DNA from: Acidobacteriota bacterium
GTDB lineage: Bacteria > Acidobacteriota > UBA6911 > RPQK01 > JAJDTT01
Direction: 5' to 3'
Length of the DNA stretch: 64,000 bases
NCBI GenBank assembly: GCA_965217775.1
Contig: CBDCJH010000002.1
Location: forward strand, 3,232,001 to 3,296,000
Each line of letters opens with the position of its first letter. Within the stretch, counting starts at the first letter, position 1. The notes below the pieces were generated by a model. The model did no database searches. It was given only the letters and a program-made list of their open reading frames with translations, and was not told the origin of the DNA. Position numbers and translations under genes: made by a program. Of this stretch, positions 46,564 to 56,282 are shown piece by piece.

Positions 46564-47373
46564 ATGAGCATGAAACAACCGAAATTCTGGATCGTCGGGT
46601 TGCTGGGAGTCACCCTTTTGGGAGGCACCCTCGCCGCTCTCCACAGTCAACAGGCCGGGCGCGGGCGCAGGGCATTCGGAGGGGGCGGTCTTCCTCCCGA
46701 CCGGGCGCTGAAGCGGCTCGGGTTGACCGAGGAGCAGAAGTCCGAGGCCAAGAAGCTGCGCGAGAGCCACCAGGCCACGATGTCTTCTCTCCGCAAGAAG
46801 GGAGCCGGCATCCGAACCCAACTGCGGGAGAAACTGGGGACGGAGGAGTCTTCCGCCGCCCAGGTCGGCGAACTCGTCAAAGAGGGCCACGACTTGAGGC
46901 AGCAGATTCGGAAGGCACGGCAATCCTTGCGGAAATCTTTCTCTGATCTACTGACGGCGGAACAGCGGGAGAAGATTCAACGAGGACGCGAGCGCAGGGC
47001 TCGCCGGGGGCCCGCCCTCCCTCCCGACCGGGCGCTGAAGCGGCTCGGATTGACCGAGGAGCAGAGGGCCGAGGTCAAGAAGCTGCGCGAGAGCCACAGG
47101 ACCACGATGGGCTCCCTCCGAGAAAAGGGTGCCGGCATCCGAACCCAATTGCAGGAGCAACTGGGGACGGAGGAGTCTTCCGCCGCCCAGGTCGGTGAAC
47201 TCGTCATCGAGGGGCGGGACGTCAGGCAGCAGATCCGGAAGGCTCAGCAATCCGTGCGGGAGTCTTTTGCCGCAGTGCTGACCGAGGAACAACGCGAAAA
47301 ATTTGAAAAGTTTCGGGATCGGAGAGGACGATGGGGCGGCGCCCGCCGAGGCCGCTCCCGCGGCAGACTCTGA
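46564..47373 (+). CDS. Spy/CpxP-family periplasmic chaperone with tandem duplicated domain
   Basis: Signal peptide and four LTxEQ motifs. 327-bp internal repeat (46693 vs 47020). Confidence 0.85.
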   Translation: MSMKQPKFWIVGLLGVTLLGGTLAALHSQQAGRGRRAFGGGGLPPDRALKRLGLTEEQKSEAKKLRESHQATMSSLRKKGAGIRTQLREKLGTEESSAAQVGELVKEGHDLRQQIRKARQSLRKSFSDLLTAEQREKIQRGRERRARRGPALPPDRALKRLGLTEEQRAEVKKLRESHRTTMGSLREKGAGIRTQLQEQLGTEESSAAQVGELVIEGRDVRQQIRKAQQSVRESFAAVLTEEQREKFEKFRDRRGRWGGARRGRSRGRL

Positions 47374-47382
47374 TTCGAAGCG

Positions 47383-47420
47383 CGGTGGCCGCCGATCGAC
47401 CAGTCGGTCGGCGGCCACCG
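47383..47420 (+). terminator. Strong GC hairpin after the Spy/CpxP gene
   Basis: CGGTGGCCGCCGATCGA..TCGGTCGGCGGCCACCG. No U-tract. Confidence 0.5.
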
Positions 47421-47540
47421 GCTACCGTTCGCCGAGCCTGCCCACGACCCCATTCCTTCGAAAAACTCTTTTCCGGACCGACAAGACAGTTCCCACACCG
47501 GTCGCCGCCCATGGATTCGGCACCCAGGCTACGGCCCTAG

Positions 47541-47780
47541 CCCGCATTTCTCACCAGGTCGCTACGCGTATGATGAAAAATAATCTGTTTTTGAGCATTT
47601 ACGCGGAATTTGCCAAGATTTCTCCGGGACAGACTGCGCTGGGCGCGCGCTCGCTGGTCTTTTCGCCCTCAGCGCGCACATGCTCCCTCAAACGTAGTCA
47701 CCACTATGCTCTCGGTCGCGAGCACGCGCTGAGGGCGAAAATCCTGCGCGATCGTCACGCCCCCTGATGAGAAATGCGGG
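47541..47780. mobile_element. MITE family 2 (240 bp)
   Basis: 18-bp TIRs CCCGCATTTCTCACCAGG and CCTGATGAGAAATGCGGG (one mismatch), flanked by CTAG on both sides. Long internal hairpin TTTTCGCCCTCAGCGCG..CGCGCTGAGGGCGAAAA. Confidence 0.85.
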
Positions 47781-47785
47781 CTAGT

Positions 47786-47814
47786 TATTGTATTTAATGA
47801 GGTAAAATACAATA
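47786..47814. promoter_or_regulatory. Operator candidate upstream of fic
   Basis: Perfect inverted repeat TATTGTATTT-N9-AAATACAATA. Confidence 0.55.
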
Positions 47815-47857
47815 CTTCATATCGTTAATGTCTTCTCTTGAATAGGAACGACCGATC

Positions 47858-49024
47858 ATGCGGCGCGGCAAAATCGGCAGCTACAGAGTGACGAAGATCG
47901 GTGGTGAAATCATTCGTGCCTTCGTGCCGGCGCCGTTGCCACCGAAACCCGCTCTGGTCCTGGATGGCTCACTGCAGCAAGCACTTGAAGCAACCGCCGT
48001 CGCTTTGGGACGCCTCGACAGTATCGCAACACTCCTCCCGGACAAGGCGCTCTTTCGGTACGCCTATGTGCGAAAGGAAGCGGTGCTCTCCTCCCAAATC
48101 GAAGGCACGCAGTCGTCCCTGTCGGATCTTTTTCTCTTCGAGCTGGCTGTAGCGCCCGGGGCTCCGCTTGACGATGTGCGCCAAGTGTCCAACTACGTGG
48201 CTGCTCTCGAGCACGGTCTGCGGCGCCTGCGAGAGGGTTTCCCGCTGTCGAACCGCTTGATCCGGGAGATTCACGGCGTATTGTTGTCCCGCGGACGCGG
48301 CAGCACCAAGACGCCGGGAGAATTCCGCCGCTCACAGAACTGGATCGGTGGAACCCGTCCCGGCAATGCCGCGTTCGTGCCGCCTCCGCATACCGAGGTG
48401 CCGGACTGCATGACGACACTGGAGCGTTTCCTTCACACCGAACACGACGGTATCGCGGTCCTGGTGCGGGCCGCCCTCGCCCACTTGCAATTCGAGACCA
48501 TTCACCCCTTTCTCGACGGCAACGGACGCGTCGGACGGTTGCTCATCACTTTGCTGCTTTACCACGGCGGCGTCCTACACGAGCCGCTCCTCTACCTGAG
48601 CCTGTACTTCAAACAACACAGGAACACGTACTACGACCTGCTGACCAGCGTCCGCCAGACGGGAGACTGGGAGGCATGGCTCGCCTTTTTCCTCGAAGGA
48701 GTGAAGCTGACGGCCGAGGCCGCCGTCTCGACCGCCCAGCGCCTGTCCCGGGTGTTCCAGAGCGACCGAAGCCTTATCGAAGCGGCCGCAGGCCGGAGGA
48801 CGGGGTCAGCGCTTCGCGTCCACGATGCTCTCAAGTCCAAGCCCATTATTTCGCTGCCCGCGGCGGCCCGACAGGCCAAACTGTCTTTTCACGCGACGGA
48901 CTCGGCGATGGATCTACTGGTCTCACAAGGTATCGCAAGAGAGATCACCGGAAAGCGCCGGGGCCGGCTGTATGCCTACGACCGGTATCTTGCCATCCTC
49001 GGAGAAGGAGCCGGGAATCCGTGA
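47858..49024 (+). CDS. Fic family protein (class II, C-terminal HTH)
   Basis: Catalytic motif HPFLDGNGRVGR and inhibitory motif SSQIEGT. Confidence 0.93.
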   Translation: MRRGKIGSYRVTKIGGEIIRAFVPAPLPPKPALVLDGSLQQALEATAVALGRLDSIATLLPDKALFRYAYVRKEAVLSSQIEGTQSSLSDLFLFELAVAPGAPLDDVRQVSNYVAALEHGLRRLREGFPLSNRLIREIHGVLLSRGRGSTKTPGEFRRSQNWIGGTRPGNAAFVPPPHTEVPDCMTTLERFLHTEHDGIAVLVRAALAHLQFETIHPFLDGNGRVGRLLITLLLYHGGVLHEPLLYLSLYFKQHRNTYYDLLTSVRQTGDWEAWLAFFLEGVKLTAEAAVSTAQRLSRVFQSDRSLIEAAAGRRTGSALRVHDALKSKPIISLPAAARQAKLSFHATDSAMDLLVSQGIAREITGKRRGRLYAYDRYLAILGEGAGNP

Positions 49025-49662
49025 CGCCATTAAAATTCGTGGAGGCTCTGCGGGAACAGCGTCTTGGAAATACGTTCAACCCGTATTCGGAACGGTGCGT
49101 CCGGTACGACCGGAATGATGCACCGCAACTTCGCTCCCGGACGTTGCGATCCATACTTGAGACGGCAGCGGAACGGGAAGTCGAGTGCCTGTGGATCGGG
49201 CGAGATCCCGGCCATCGGGGCGGGCGGAGGACGGGACTCGCCTTTACGGACGACGTCCACCTTCACGAACACGCTGAACGCTGGGGGCTCTCGATAACGC
49301 GGCCCACAGGAGGCCCGAAAATCTCCGAACAGACCGCCACCGTCATCTGGAAGGCTCTCTCGCGAATCGAGTCACCGGTTTTCTTGTGGAATGTCTTCCC
49401 CTTGCACCCGCACAAACCGGGAAACCCCTTCAGCAACCGGCCCCACAACGCTCGCGAGCGCAGAATCGGCGAGGAGTTTCTTGCCGAACTCATCCTGCTC
49501 CTGCAACCGCGCCGGCTGGTTGCCATCGGCAACGACGCGGCGAAATCGACGTGCCGTCTGGCCGAACGACAGGAAGTCATACAAGTCCGGCATCCCAGCC
49601 ACGGAGGGCGGGCGGAGTTCTTGGCACAGATCGACGGGTTGCATCGTCAATTGCATTGGTGA
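49021..49662 (+). CDS. Uracil-DNA glycosylase superfamily protein
   Basis: GTG overlaps the fic stop. FNPY, G.DPGHRGGRRTGLAFTD, WNVFPLHP, HPSHGG. Confidence 0.82.
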   Translation: MTPLKFVEALREQRLGNTFNPYSERCVRYDRNDAPQLRSRTLRSILETAAEREVECLWIGRDPGHRGGRRTGLAFTDDVHLHEHAERWGLSITRPTGGPKISEQTATVIWKALSRIESPVFLWNVFPLHPHKPGNPFSNRPHNARERRIGEEFLAELILLLQPRRLVAIGNDAAKSTCRLAERQEVIQVRHPSHGGRAEFLAQIDGLHRQLHW

Positions 49663-49758
49663 CGTACTCCAAAAAAGAACTTCGTCTGTCGACTTCGCGA
49701 GGATGAGAATCATTTCGCATCTTGTGAATCGCAGAGATCGTAAATCTGTGAGGCCAGC

Positions 49759-50022
49759 ATGAAAAAAATAACCGTGTCCGTGGATGAAAAGACCTGCCGG
49801 CTCTCACGCATCAAAGCGGCAGAGGCGGGAACCTCGGTGACGGCACTGCTGCGCGACCACTTGTTCGAACTGGTACAAGGACGCATCGCCCAGACTAGAT
49901 TCAACGGCTTGCGTCGGCTGCAGGACGAGACATTGGAGGCGATCCGTACTCGCCGCGCAGGCTTGAACTCCCGAGATAACCTTCTCCGGGGTGCCCTTCA
50001 CGACCGCGATACGCTTCCTTGA
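49759..50022 (+). CDS. RHH-type antitoxin (orphan)
   Basis: MKKITVSVDE...IKAAEAGTSVTALLRDHL...LHDR. Confidence 0.8.
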   Translation: MKKITVSVDEKTCRLSRIKAAEAGTSVTALLRDHLFELVQGRIAQTRFNGLRRLQDETLEAIRTRRAGLNSRDNLLRGALHDRDTLP

Positions 50023-50032
50023 CACGAACGTC
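50009..50032 (+). pseudogene. Stub of PIN toxin N-terminus
   Basis: ATA-CGC-TTC-CTT-GAC-ACG-AAC-GTC (IRFLDTNV) overlaps the antitoxin end. Start codon lost and remainder absent. Confidence 0.55.
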
Positions 50033-50073
50033 ATGGCTAATGACGAATGGTGCCGCGGAATTTCCAATGGTCA

Positions 50074-50138
50074 GGAGCGGCAATTTTTCGGTCGCTGAAC
50101 TCTCAGCGGGGAATGGGGGACAGGAATATCCCCCCTCC
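50074..50138 (+). repeat. Degenerate REP-like element (family 2)
   Basis: GGAGCGGCAAT..GTCGCTG..GGGGGACAGGAATATCCCCCCTCC. Confidence 0.55.
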
Positions 50139-50145
50139 CAGCGTT

Positions 50146-51741
50146 CTAATGGAACTGCAATGAGAAGAGGTCGCCGTCGCGGATCTCGATCTTCATTCGA
50201 ACCGTCTGGGCAGCCAGGGCGGACAGGTCGGAACCGCCCTTCCACTTGACGGTCCGCTGCAGCTCGTCGCCGAAGATCAACTTGCAATCGTCCAGGCCGT
50301 AGCCGTCCAGGGGATCTCCCCGCTGGTCCTGGATCTCGACCCGGAGGCTGCCCGCGGCCGACGTGGAGTAGTTCAACGTGAGCCGGGAGCCTGAGAACCG
50401 GAACGGCCGGGTCCGGACGGTGCCGCCCTGGAAGTTGCCCTGCAGCGAGACGAATCCGTCTTCCCGCAGCACACCCCGCCGGATTTTGACCGACTGGGTC
50501 CCGTAGTTCTCCACGTAGTAGAGGGACATCTCGCCATCGCCCGTGGGAACCAGGGTCGGTCCCACCTCGATGGCTCTGCCGTGCCAGTTCCGAATGTCTC
50601 GCCCCGGACGGATGAAAGCCTCACGAAAACGCGTGAACCGGATGCCGTCCCGGCTGAACATGAAGACGATGTCCGAGAGTCCGGCGCAACCGTAGATCCA
50701 GGTGATGCCCGGCACCTCCATGCTGGAGCAATCGGGCTCGTTTCCTCTGGGATCCATGTAGACGTGGGGCCAAGCCGGGTCGAAGACCCGCTCCGGCAGG
50801 AACCGCTTGGGAAACATGACCATCAGGTCGGGCCTTCGATAGTAGGGAACGGCGGCGTTCTTGTAGAGATGTTCGTCGGGAGTGCTCCGGTACTGAAGGT
50901 ACTCGGGTTCGGACCAGTTCAGGAAGTCCTTGGAGGTGAAGCGCCGGATGTCCCGTATCCTGGGCACCGTGAACTCGGTCCCCGAGGGCAACTGGGCTGT
51001 GACATGGTAGAGTTCCTTGCGGACGGTCTTGGAACCATAAGGGACGCTTCCCCGGCGGTACCAACCGCGGGCATAGATGGCATAGTGCCCGCGTCCCGGG
51101 TCCCAGAGCCCGATGTTGTGCGAATCCAGCGCCCCGTCTTCCCACGGCGGCTGCAGCAGCTTCCGCTCCCGGATCAGGCGCCATCGAAGCCCGTCGGGAG
51201 AGACCAGGCCGTAAATGACGGGCCGGTCGTGGCCGGCCCCCGGCTCCTTTCCGGTGCAGATGGACTTGTAGCGCTCGTCCGGCGGAGTCTCCGGGTTGGG
51301 GTCCTTGAAGATGGCGAGAGTGGAGCAGATGCCCCCCGGAATCGGCCAGACCAGGTTGTTCTGCTTGGAGCCCTTGAACTCGATGAGGTTCAGTTCCGGC
51401 TTCACCCAATGGATGCCGTCGACGCTCTCGGCGTAGGCCCAGAGGTGGGGCCGCGAGGGCCCGCCCCCCCGGTACCACATCCGGTAGCGGGAGCCATCCT
51501 TCATGACGCTGGGGTCGTAAAGATAGAGTCCCTCCCAGGGGCGATCCAGTTGGATGGCCACCTCCGCGGCGCGGGGCCGGTGCAGTTGCCGGTAAACGCC
51601 GTCCAGCGAATCCACCAGCCAGTCGTCCACGAATAGCTGGAGGTCGGTGCCCACGTCACGCACTTCGCGATGGCCGGCACCATGCACGGAAGCGGCCAAT
51701 AACAGAGTAAAAATCGCTCGGAGGATGACCTGCATGACCAT
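50146..51741 (-). CDS. Secreted beta-propeller glycoside-hydrolase-like protein (same family as 24380..25984)
   Basis: Signal peptide, QLFVDD, AESVDGIHWVKP, SPDGLRW, SRDG, EDGFVSL. Confidence 0.78.
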   Translation of the reverse strand: MVMQVILRAIFTLLLAASVHGAGHREVRDVGTDLQLFVDDWLVDSLDGVYRQLHRPRAAEVAIQLDRPWEGLYLYDPSVMKDGSRYRMWYRGGGPSRPHLWAYAESVDGIHWVKPELNLIEFKGSKQNNLVWPIPGGICSTLAIFKDPNPETPPDERYKSICTGKEPGAGHDRPVIYGLVSPDGLRWRLIRERKLLQPPWEDGALDSHNIGLWDPGRGHYAIYARGWYRRGSVPYGSKTVRKELYHVTAQLPSGTEFTVPRIRDIRRFTSKDFLNWSEPEYLQYRSTPDEHLYKNAAVPYYRRPDLMVMFPKRFLPERVFDPAWPHVYMDPRGNEPDCSSMEVPGITWIYGCAGLSDIVFMFSRDGIRFTRFREAFIRPGRDIRNWHGRAIEVGPTLVPTGDGEMSLYYVENYGTQSVKIRRGVLREDGFVSLQGNFQGGTVRTRPFRFSGSRLTLNYSTSAAGSLRVEIQDQRGDPLDGYGLDDCKLIFGDELQRTVKWKGGSDLSALAAQTVRMKIEIRDGDLFSLQFH

Positions 51742-51835
51742 TATTCTCCATACTATCGCCGACTGCGTCCAGAGAGCGGCCGGCGGGGAGCTCCCGGGCC
51801 CAACACGAGAGTTGGACGAAGGAATGAAGAGAGCA

Positions 51836-53722
51836 ATGAATCACATGATCACGAGACTTGTAGTCATTCTGATCCTGGCGGGTTTCCCCCTGCTGGCGGA
51901 GGTGGAGATCGCCGTCGACACGACCCTGCCGCCCCCCGGATGGGCCCTGATGCAACGGGAGCTGCTGCGCACCCAGGCGGCAGCTTGCAGGAAGTTCTAC
52001 GAGAAGTACTTCGATGACCGGGGATACCTGATCTGTACCGAGCGATGGGGGGCTCTGGACGGTCCCGACGACGCCATCGAGAACCTCCGGGACTGGCCCA
52101 TCCTTCATTCTCTGGGGGCCTCCGACGACGTCCTGCACATGTACAAGAAGGCCTGGGAGGGACACCTGCGGCAATACACCCTGGCCAAAACCACCGACGT
52201 GGAGTTCGCCCGCGACGGCATGTACTTCAAGGAGTTCCACACCAAGATGGACTGGATCCACATCGGAGAGGGGCTGGTGGTTCTGGAACAGCAGGCGCTC
52301 TCCGACCCGGAAGACGTCCTCTTCCAGCGGCGCATGCGCCGCTTCGCCGGTTTCTATATGGACGAGGACCCTGGCGCGCGCAACTACGACCCCGAACACA
52401 AGATCATTCGAAGTCTCTTCAACGGGAGCCGGGGTCCGCTGCTGCGGGACGCGAGGCCTGAGGACTGGGCCGGAGACCCCATCGAGATCGAGAACCGCTT
52501 CCAGCCTCTCCACAGCGAAAAGAACTACCAGCTCATGCTGGAGCATTTCGAAGACTACACCGACATCGTCGGCGACCACCCTTTGAACCTGTTGTCCACC
52601 AGCCTGGCCACCCAAGCCTACATGCTGAGCCACGAGGAGAAATACAAGAAGTGGGTGCTGGAGTACGTGGACGCCTGGATGGAGAGGATGGAGGCCAACG
52701 GGGGGATCATTCCCTCCAAGGTGGGATTGGACGGCAAGATCGGTGGCAAGAACGGCAAGTGGTACGACGGAGCCTATGGATGGGGGTTCACGGTCCGGGT
52801 GCCCGACACCACCACCTACGTCAACCGCAACCAGCACGAGTATGGTCTCGTGGGTTTGACCAACGCGTTTCTGCTGACCGGCGACCGCAAGTACTTGGAC
52901 GCCTGGCGGCGACAAATGGATGTAGTCAACGCCAACTCCAAGATGGTGGACGGCCAGACGGTCTATCCTCAGATGTACGGCGATCAGGGCTGGTACGCCT
53001 ACCGGCCTCAAAAATACTCCGAGGGCGCTTTGGACTTGTTCTTCTTCCTGATGGAGGAGAAGGAGCGAGCCCTTCTACCGCGGCGCGGCTGGCTGGATTT
53101 CCTGGAGGGGAACGATCCGGGCTATCCCGAACGGGCCATGCAGGACGACTTCCTCACCATCCGGGACAAGATCGAGGCCATGGGCCGGGACGAAACCACT
53201 CCCGATACCCGACTGGCCGACGATCCCATGAGGTTCAGTCCGGCCCGGGTCGGCTCCCTGGTCCATCTGATGCTTGGGGCCCTGAATCACCTGGCGCACG
53301 AAACCCGTTTCCGGCTCAGCCTGGTGAAGGACGCCCAGGACTACATCAATCGCGGCATGGAACACCGGAAACGGATCGGTCACCTGGGGAGCCTGCTTCA
53401 CGCCCGTCTGCGTTATTTCGATCCGGACCGGAAAAGGCCAGGCATTCCCCAGGACGTGGCGGCCCTGGTGACGGAAATGACCCCGGACAAGACCACCGTC
53501 ACCTTGGTCAACGTCAATCAGCTCGAGCCGAGAACCGTCATCGTCCAGGGAGGCTCCTACGGAGAGCATCAGTGCCTTTCCGTGACGGTGAAGGGAGAAG
53601 AGATCCCCGTCGACGGTCCGTTCTTTCGAGTTCGGCTGGGACCGGGCGCGGGGACGACGTTGGCCATCGCCATGAAGCGATTCGCGAATCAACCGACGCT
53701 GATGCTGCCTTGGCGCCGGTGA
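51836..53722 (+). CDS. Secreted hypothetical protein (aromatic-rich, possibly helical toroid)
   Basis: Long ORF with genome-typical codon bias and a signal peptide after ATG 51836. Confidence 0.8.
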   Translation: MNHMITRLVVILILAGFPLLAEVEIAVDTTLPPPGWALMQRELLRTQAAACRKFYEKYFDDRGYLICTERWGALDGPDDAIENLRDWPILHSLGASDDVLHMYKKAWEGHLRQYTLAKTTDVEFARDGMYFKEFHTKMDWIHIGEGLVVLEQQALSDPEDVLFQRRMRRFAGFYMDEDPGARNYDPEHKIIRSLFNGSRGPLLRDARPEDWAGDPIEIENRFQPLHSEKNYQLMLEHFEDYTDIVGDHPLNLLSTSLATQAYMLSHEEKYKKWVLEYVDAWMERMEANGGIIPSKVGLDGKIGGKNGKWYDGAYGWGFTVRVPDTTTYVNRNQHEYGLVGLTNAFLLTGDRKYLDAWRRQMDVVNANSKMVDGQTVYPQMYGDQGWYAYRPQKYSEGALDLFFFLMEEKERALLPRRGWLDFLEGNDPGYPERAMQDDFLTIRDKIEAMGRDETTPDTRLADDPMRFSPARVGSLVHLMLGALNHLAHETRFRLSLVKDAQDYINRGMEHRKRIGHLGSLLHARLRYFDPDRKRPGIPQDVAALVTEMTPDKTTVTLVNVNQLEPRTVIVQGGSYGEHQCLSVTVKGEEIPVDGPFFRVRLGPGAGTTLAIAMKRFANQPTLMLPWRR

Positions 53723-53760
53723 ATCGGGATCCGGAACCGCCTGGGAGATTTCGGTTTTCG

Positions 53761-54843
53761 TCACCCGGCTCGGCGTGCGGCGGTTCGGCTGTGGACCGTC
53801 CGCTTCCGCTCCGCCAGCCTTCCGGCCCAGAGGACGGCCTGGATCAGGCTCTGGGGATTGGCCCGTCCGGTCCACGCAATGTCGAAGGCGGTCCCGTGCG
53901 CCACCGAGGTGCGCACCAGGGGAAGGCCGAGGGTCATGTGGATGCCCCGGTCGAAGGAGATCATCTTGAAGGGAACGTGGCCCTGATCGTGATACATGGT
54001 CACGATGGCCTGGTAGCGCGAACGGACCGCGGGCACGAAGAGGGTGTCGGCCGGCAAGGGCCCTTCCACGTCCATTCCCTCCCGGCGGGCCGCCTTCACC
54101 GCGGGACGAATCACCCGCTCCTCCTCGCCGGAACCGAAGAGCCCGCCCTCCCCCGCGTGGGGATTGAGTCCTGAAACCGCCAGCCGCGGCGCCGCGCCGC
54201 GCAGATTCACCACCGCATCCCGAGTCAGCCGAATGGCCTCCAGCACCCGGTCCGTGGTGAGTTCCCTGGCGACCCGTTCGACGCCGACGTGGCCCGTGAC
54301 CATGCTGACCCGCAGCTCGTCGGAAGCCAGCATCATGTAGACCGCCGGGGAACCGGTGGCAGCGGCCAGGTAATCGGTATGCCCCGAAAAGGGGATTCCG
54401 CCGGCTTGCAGGGCCTGCTTGTTGATGGGACCCGTGGCCAGGGCCGCGAATTCACCGCTCAGGGTCCTGGTGGCGGCCGCTTCCAGAAAACGAAAGGCGG
54501 CGCGGCCGCAAGTCGCCTGGACCCGGCCGGGGCGAATTCGATAGGCCTCCAACCCGCCCAGATCGACCACGGCGGGAGGGGATTCGGCAAGATCCGAGTG
54601 TCCCTGGACCCCGGTCACGACCCGATCCGGCCGGGGAAGCCGGCAGGCGCGGGCGACGCGGTCCAGCACCTCCGCGCTCCCGAACACGACCGGGACGCAA
54701 CGCTCCTGCACCTGGAAGTCGGCCAGCAGTCGCAGGCAGATCTCAGGTCCGATCCCGGCCGGATCTCCCATAGTGACGGCCACGCGGGGCCGCCGCTTGG
54801 AAGCTGTCAAGTCCCTGCTCACGCCGTTCGCTCCCTCCCGCAC
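53761..54843 (-). CDS. pdxA: 4-hydroxythreonine-4-phosphate dehydrogenase
   Basis: MGDPAGIGPE, GHTDYL, GLNPHAGE, MYHDQG, RTSVAHGTAFDIA. Confidence 0.93.
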   Translation of the reverse strand: MREGANGVSRDLTASKRRPRVAVTMGDPAGIGPEICLRLLADFQVQERCVPVVFGSAEVLDRVARACRLPRPDRVVTGVQGHSDLAESPPAVVDLGGLEAYRIRPGRVQATCGRAAFRFLEAAATRTLSGEFAALATGPINKQALQAGGIPFSGHTDYLAAATGSPAVYMMLASDELRVSMVTGHVGVERVARELTTDRVLEAIRLTRDAVVNLRGAAPRLAVSGLNPHAGEGGLFGSGEEERVIRPAVKAARREGMDVEGPLPADTLFVPAVRSRYQAIVTMYHDQGHVPFKMISFDRGIHMTLGLPLVRTSVAHGTAFDIAWTGRANPQSLIQAVLWAGRLAERKRTVHSRTAARRAG

Positions 54844-54931
54844 CCATGTCGTTGACGCTCAACGGTTTCGGACCCTTGGAGGTCAATCCGGGTGGAACCG
54901 CAATCAGAGGATGATAGCAGAACGCCGGGGG

Positions 54932-56218
54932 TCAATGGTTCGGTGCCGGCGTGGGGCGGCCGGCTGCTGCGCGGCCTCCGCCAAGCCCCAGAACCTCGTC
55001 TACGCTCCGGCCCCAGAGGGCCTCGATCTCGGGATTGAGATCGTACATCCACTTCACCAATTCTTCAGTGGAGGCGCGCCGTCCGGACCGGGCGCGCCGG
55101 GAGCCCTGCAGATGCGGGGACAAGGCCTGGGCCAGATCGGCGCTGAAGTAGACGGCGCCCCGATGAGAGAGATGATGTCCGTCCACGAACAGGCCGGGAT
55201 CGCTGTAGTCGCGCCTGGCGCGGAGGATATCCACCTTCTCCCGGGCCGCCAATGCCTCCAGCCGGGCTTGGTTCCGGGACATGACCGGATCGTGGACCCC
55301 GCGGAAGGTGTCGTGGACCGGCATGATGAGAAGCAGCGGCGTGATCCCCTGGTTGCGGCACGCCTCGAACAACCCCACCAGGTTCTCCTCGTCCAGAAGA
55401 GTCTCCTCGTCGAAGCGGGCGCGTTTGGTGAACTCCCCCGTCATGTGTCCGCCGTAGGGTTGCGGACCCCAGCCGCAGGCGGTCTTGAAGCCGGAGCGCC
55501 GCTCCAGATCTTTGAAGTGAACCGGAGTGGCTCTGGGGTCCCCCGCATTCCGGTAGCAGTCGTTCAGGAACCAGCAGCCCAGATCGGGAAGCAGCTCCTG
55601 CTCGATCAGGTCTTGCCGGTAGCGAAACAGGCCGAGCCGGTAGGAGAGGAAGCGGGTGACGAAACCCTCGACGGCATCGCCGTCCGAGGCCGGCGCGTGT
55701 TCCAGCCGATAGGCCAGAGACTCCCGGTAACGGTCGATCAGCTTCCAGAGCTTGCGCTTCTCGAGCGGCCAGTCGGGACTCACCCCGAAAACCAGGAAGT
55801 CGGGACGGACCTCAATGTCCAGGAGATGGGGAAGAAACGCCTCCCGGGCGAATCGGGCCACTTGGGAGCCGGTGCCGAAGTTGAACAGTGTCTGGTGGGG
55901 GACTTCCAGCGTGCGCGCCACCACTTCGGGGACGATTCCGTTCTTGGTGCGCGAGTCACCGGTGAAGATGACCTTGGGAGGGTTGGGATATGCGCGGAGC
56001 AGCGCGTTCCGGCGGGTCACCCGGGGGTCGTGGTAGGGCAGGAGCTCCAGGTCGAACTGGGGAAGGACCAGCAGCCTACGATTCATCTCCAACAGAATGA
56101 AGTCGGCCGCGATCAGGGCCAGCACCAGACCCAGAAGGATCTTGAGGAGGCGCTTGGCAAGGCCGGGCAGCTCCCGGTTCCGGCCTCTGACTGCGGTCAC
56201 CAACGAATCTTCAACCAT
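54932..56218 (-). CDS. Membrane-anchored SGNH/DltD-like O-acyltransferase partner
   Basis: N-terminal TM segment, GDSR motif, FVDGHHL (DxxH), next to the MBOAT gene. Confidence 0.75.
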   Translation of the reverse strand: MVEDSLVTAVRGRNRELPGLAKRLLKILLGLVLALIAADFILLEMNRRLLVLPQFDLELLPYHDPRVTRRNALLRAYPNPPKVIFTGDSRTKNGIVPEVVARTLEVPHQTLFNFGTGSQVARFAREAFLPHLLDIEVRPDFLVFGVSPDWPLEKRKLWKLIDRYRESLAYRLEHAPASDGDAVEGFVTRFLSYRLGLFRYRQDLIEQELLPDLGCWFLNDCYRNAGDPRATPVHFKDLERRSGFKTACGWGPQPYGGHMTGEFTKRARFDEETLLDEENLVGLFEACRNQGITPLLLIMPVHDTFRGVHDPVMSRNQARLEALAAREKVDILRARRDYSDPGLFVDGHHLSHRGAVYFSADLAQALSPHLQGSRRARSGRRASTEELVKWMYDLNPEIEALWGRSVDEVLGLGGGRAAAGRPTPAPNH

Positions 56219-56282
56219 ACCGTTCCTTCGCCCGAATCGGATTATATCCCGCCGCTCAAGCCTTTCCCTCGGGAGCCGGAGG

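Noticed and set aside
47303-47767. 154-aa ORF over MITE-2, and ORFs 38338..38680 over MITE-1 copy B
   Set aside because: Derived from repeat sequence, with no RBS or protein-like features.
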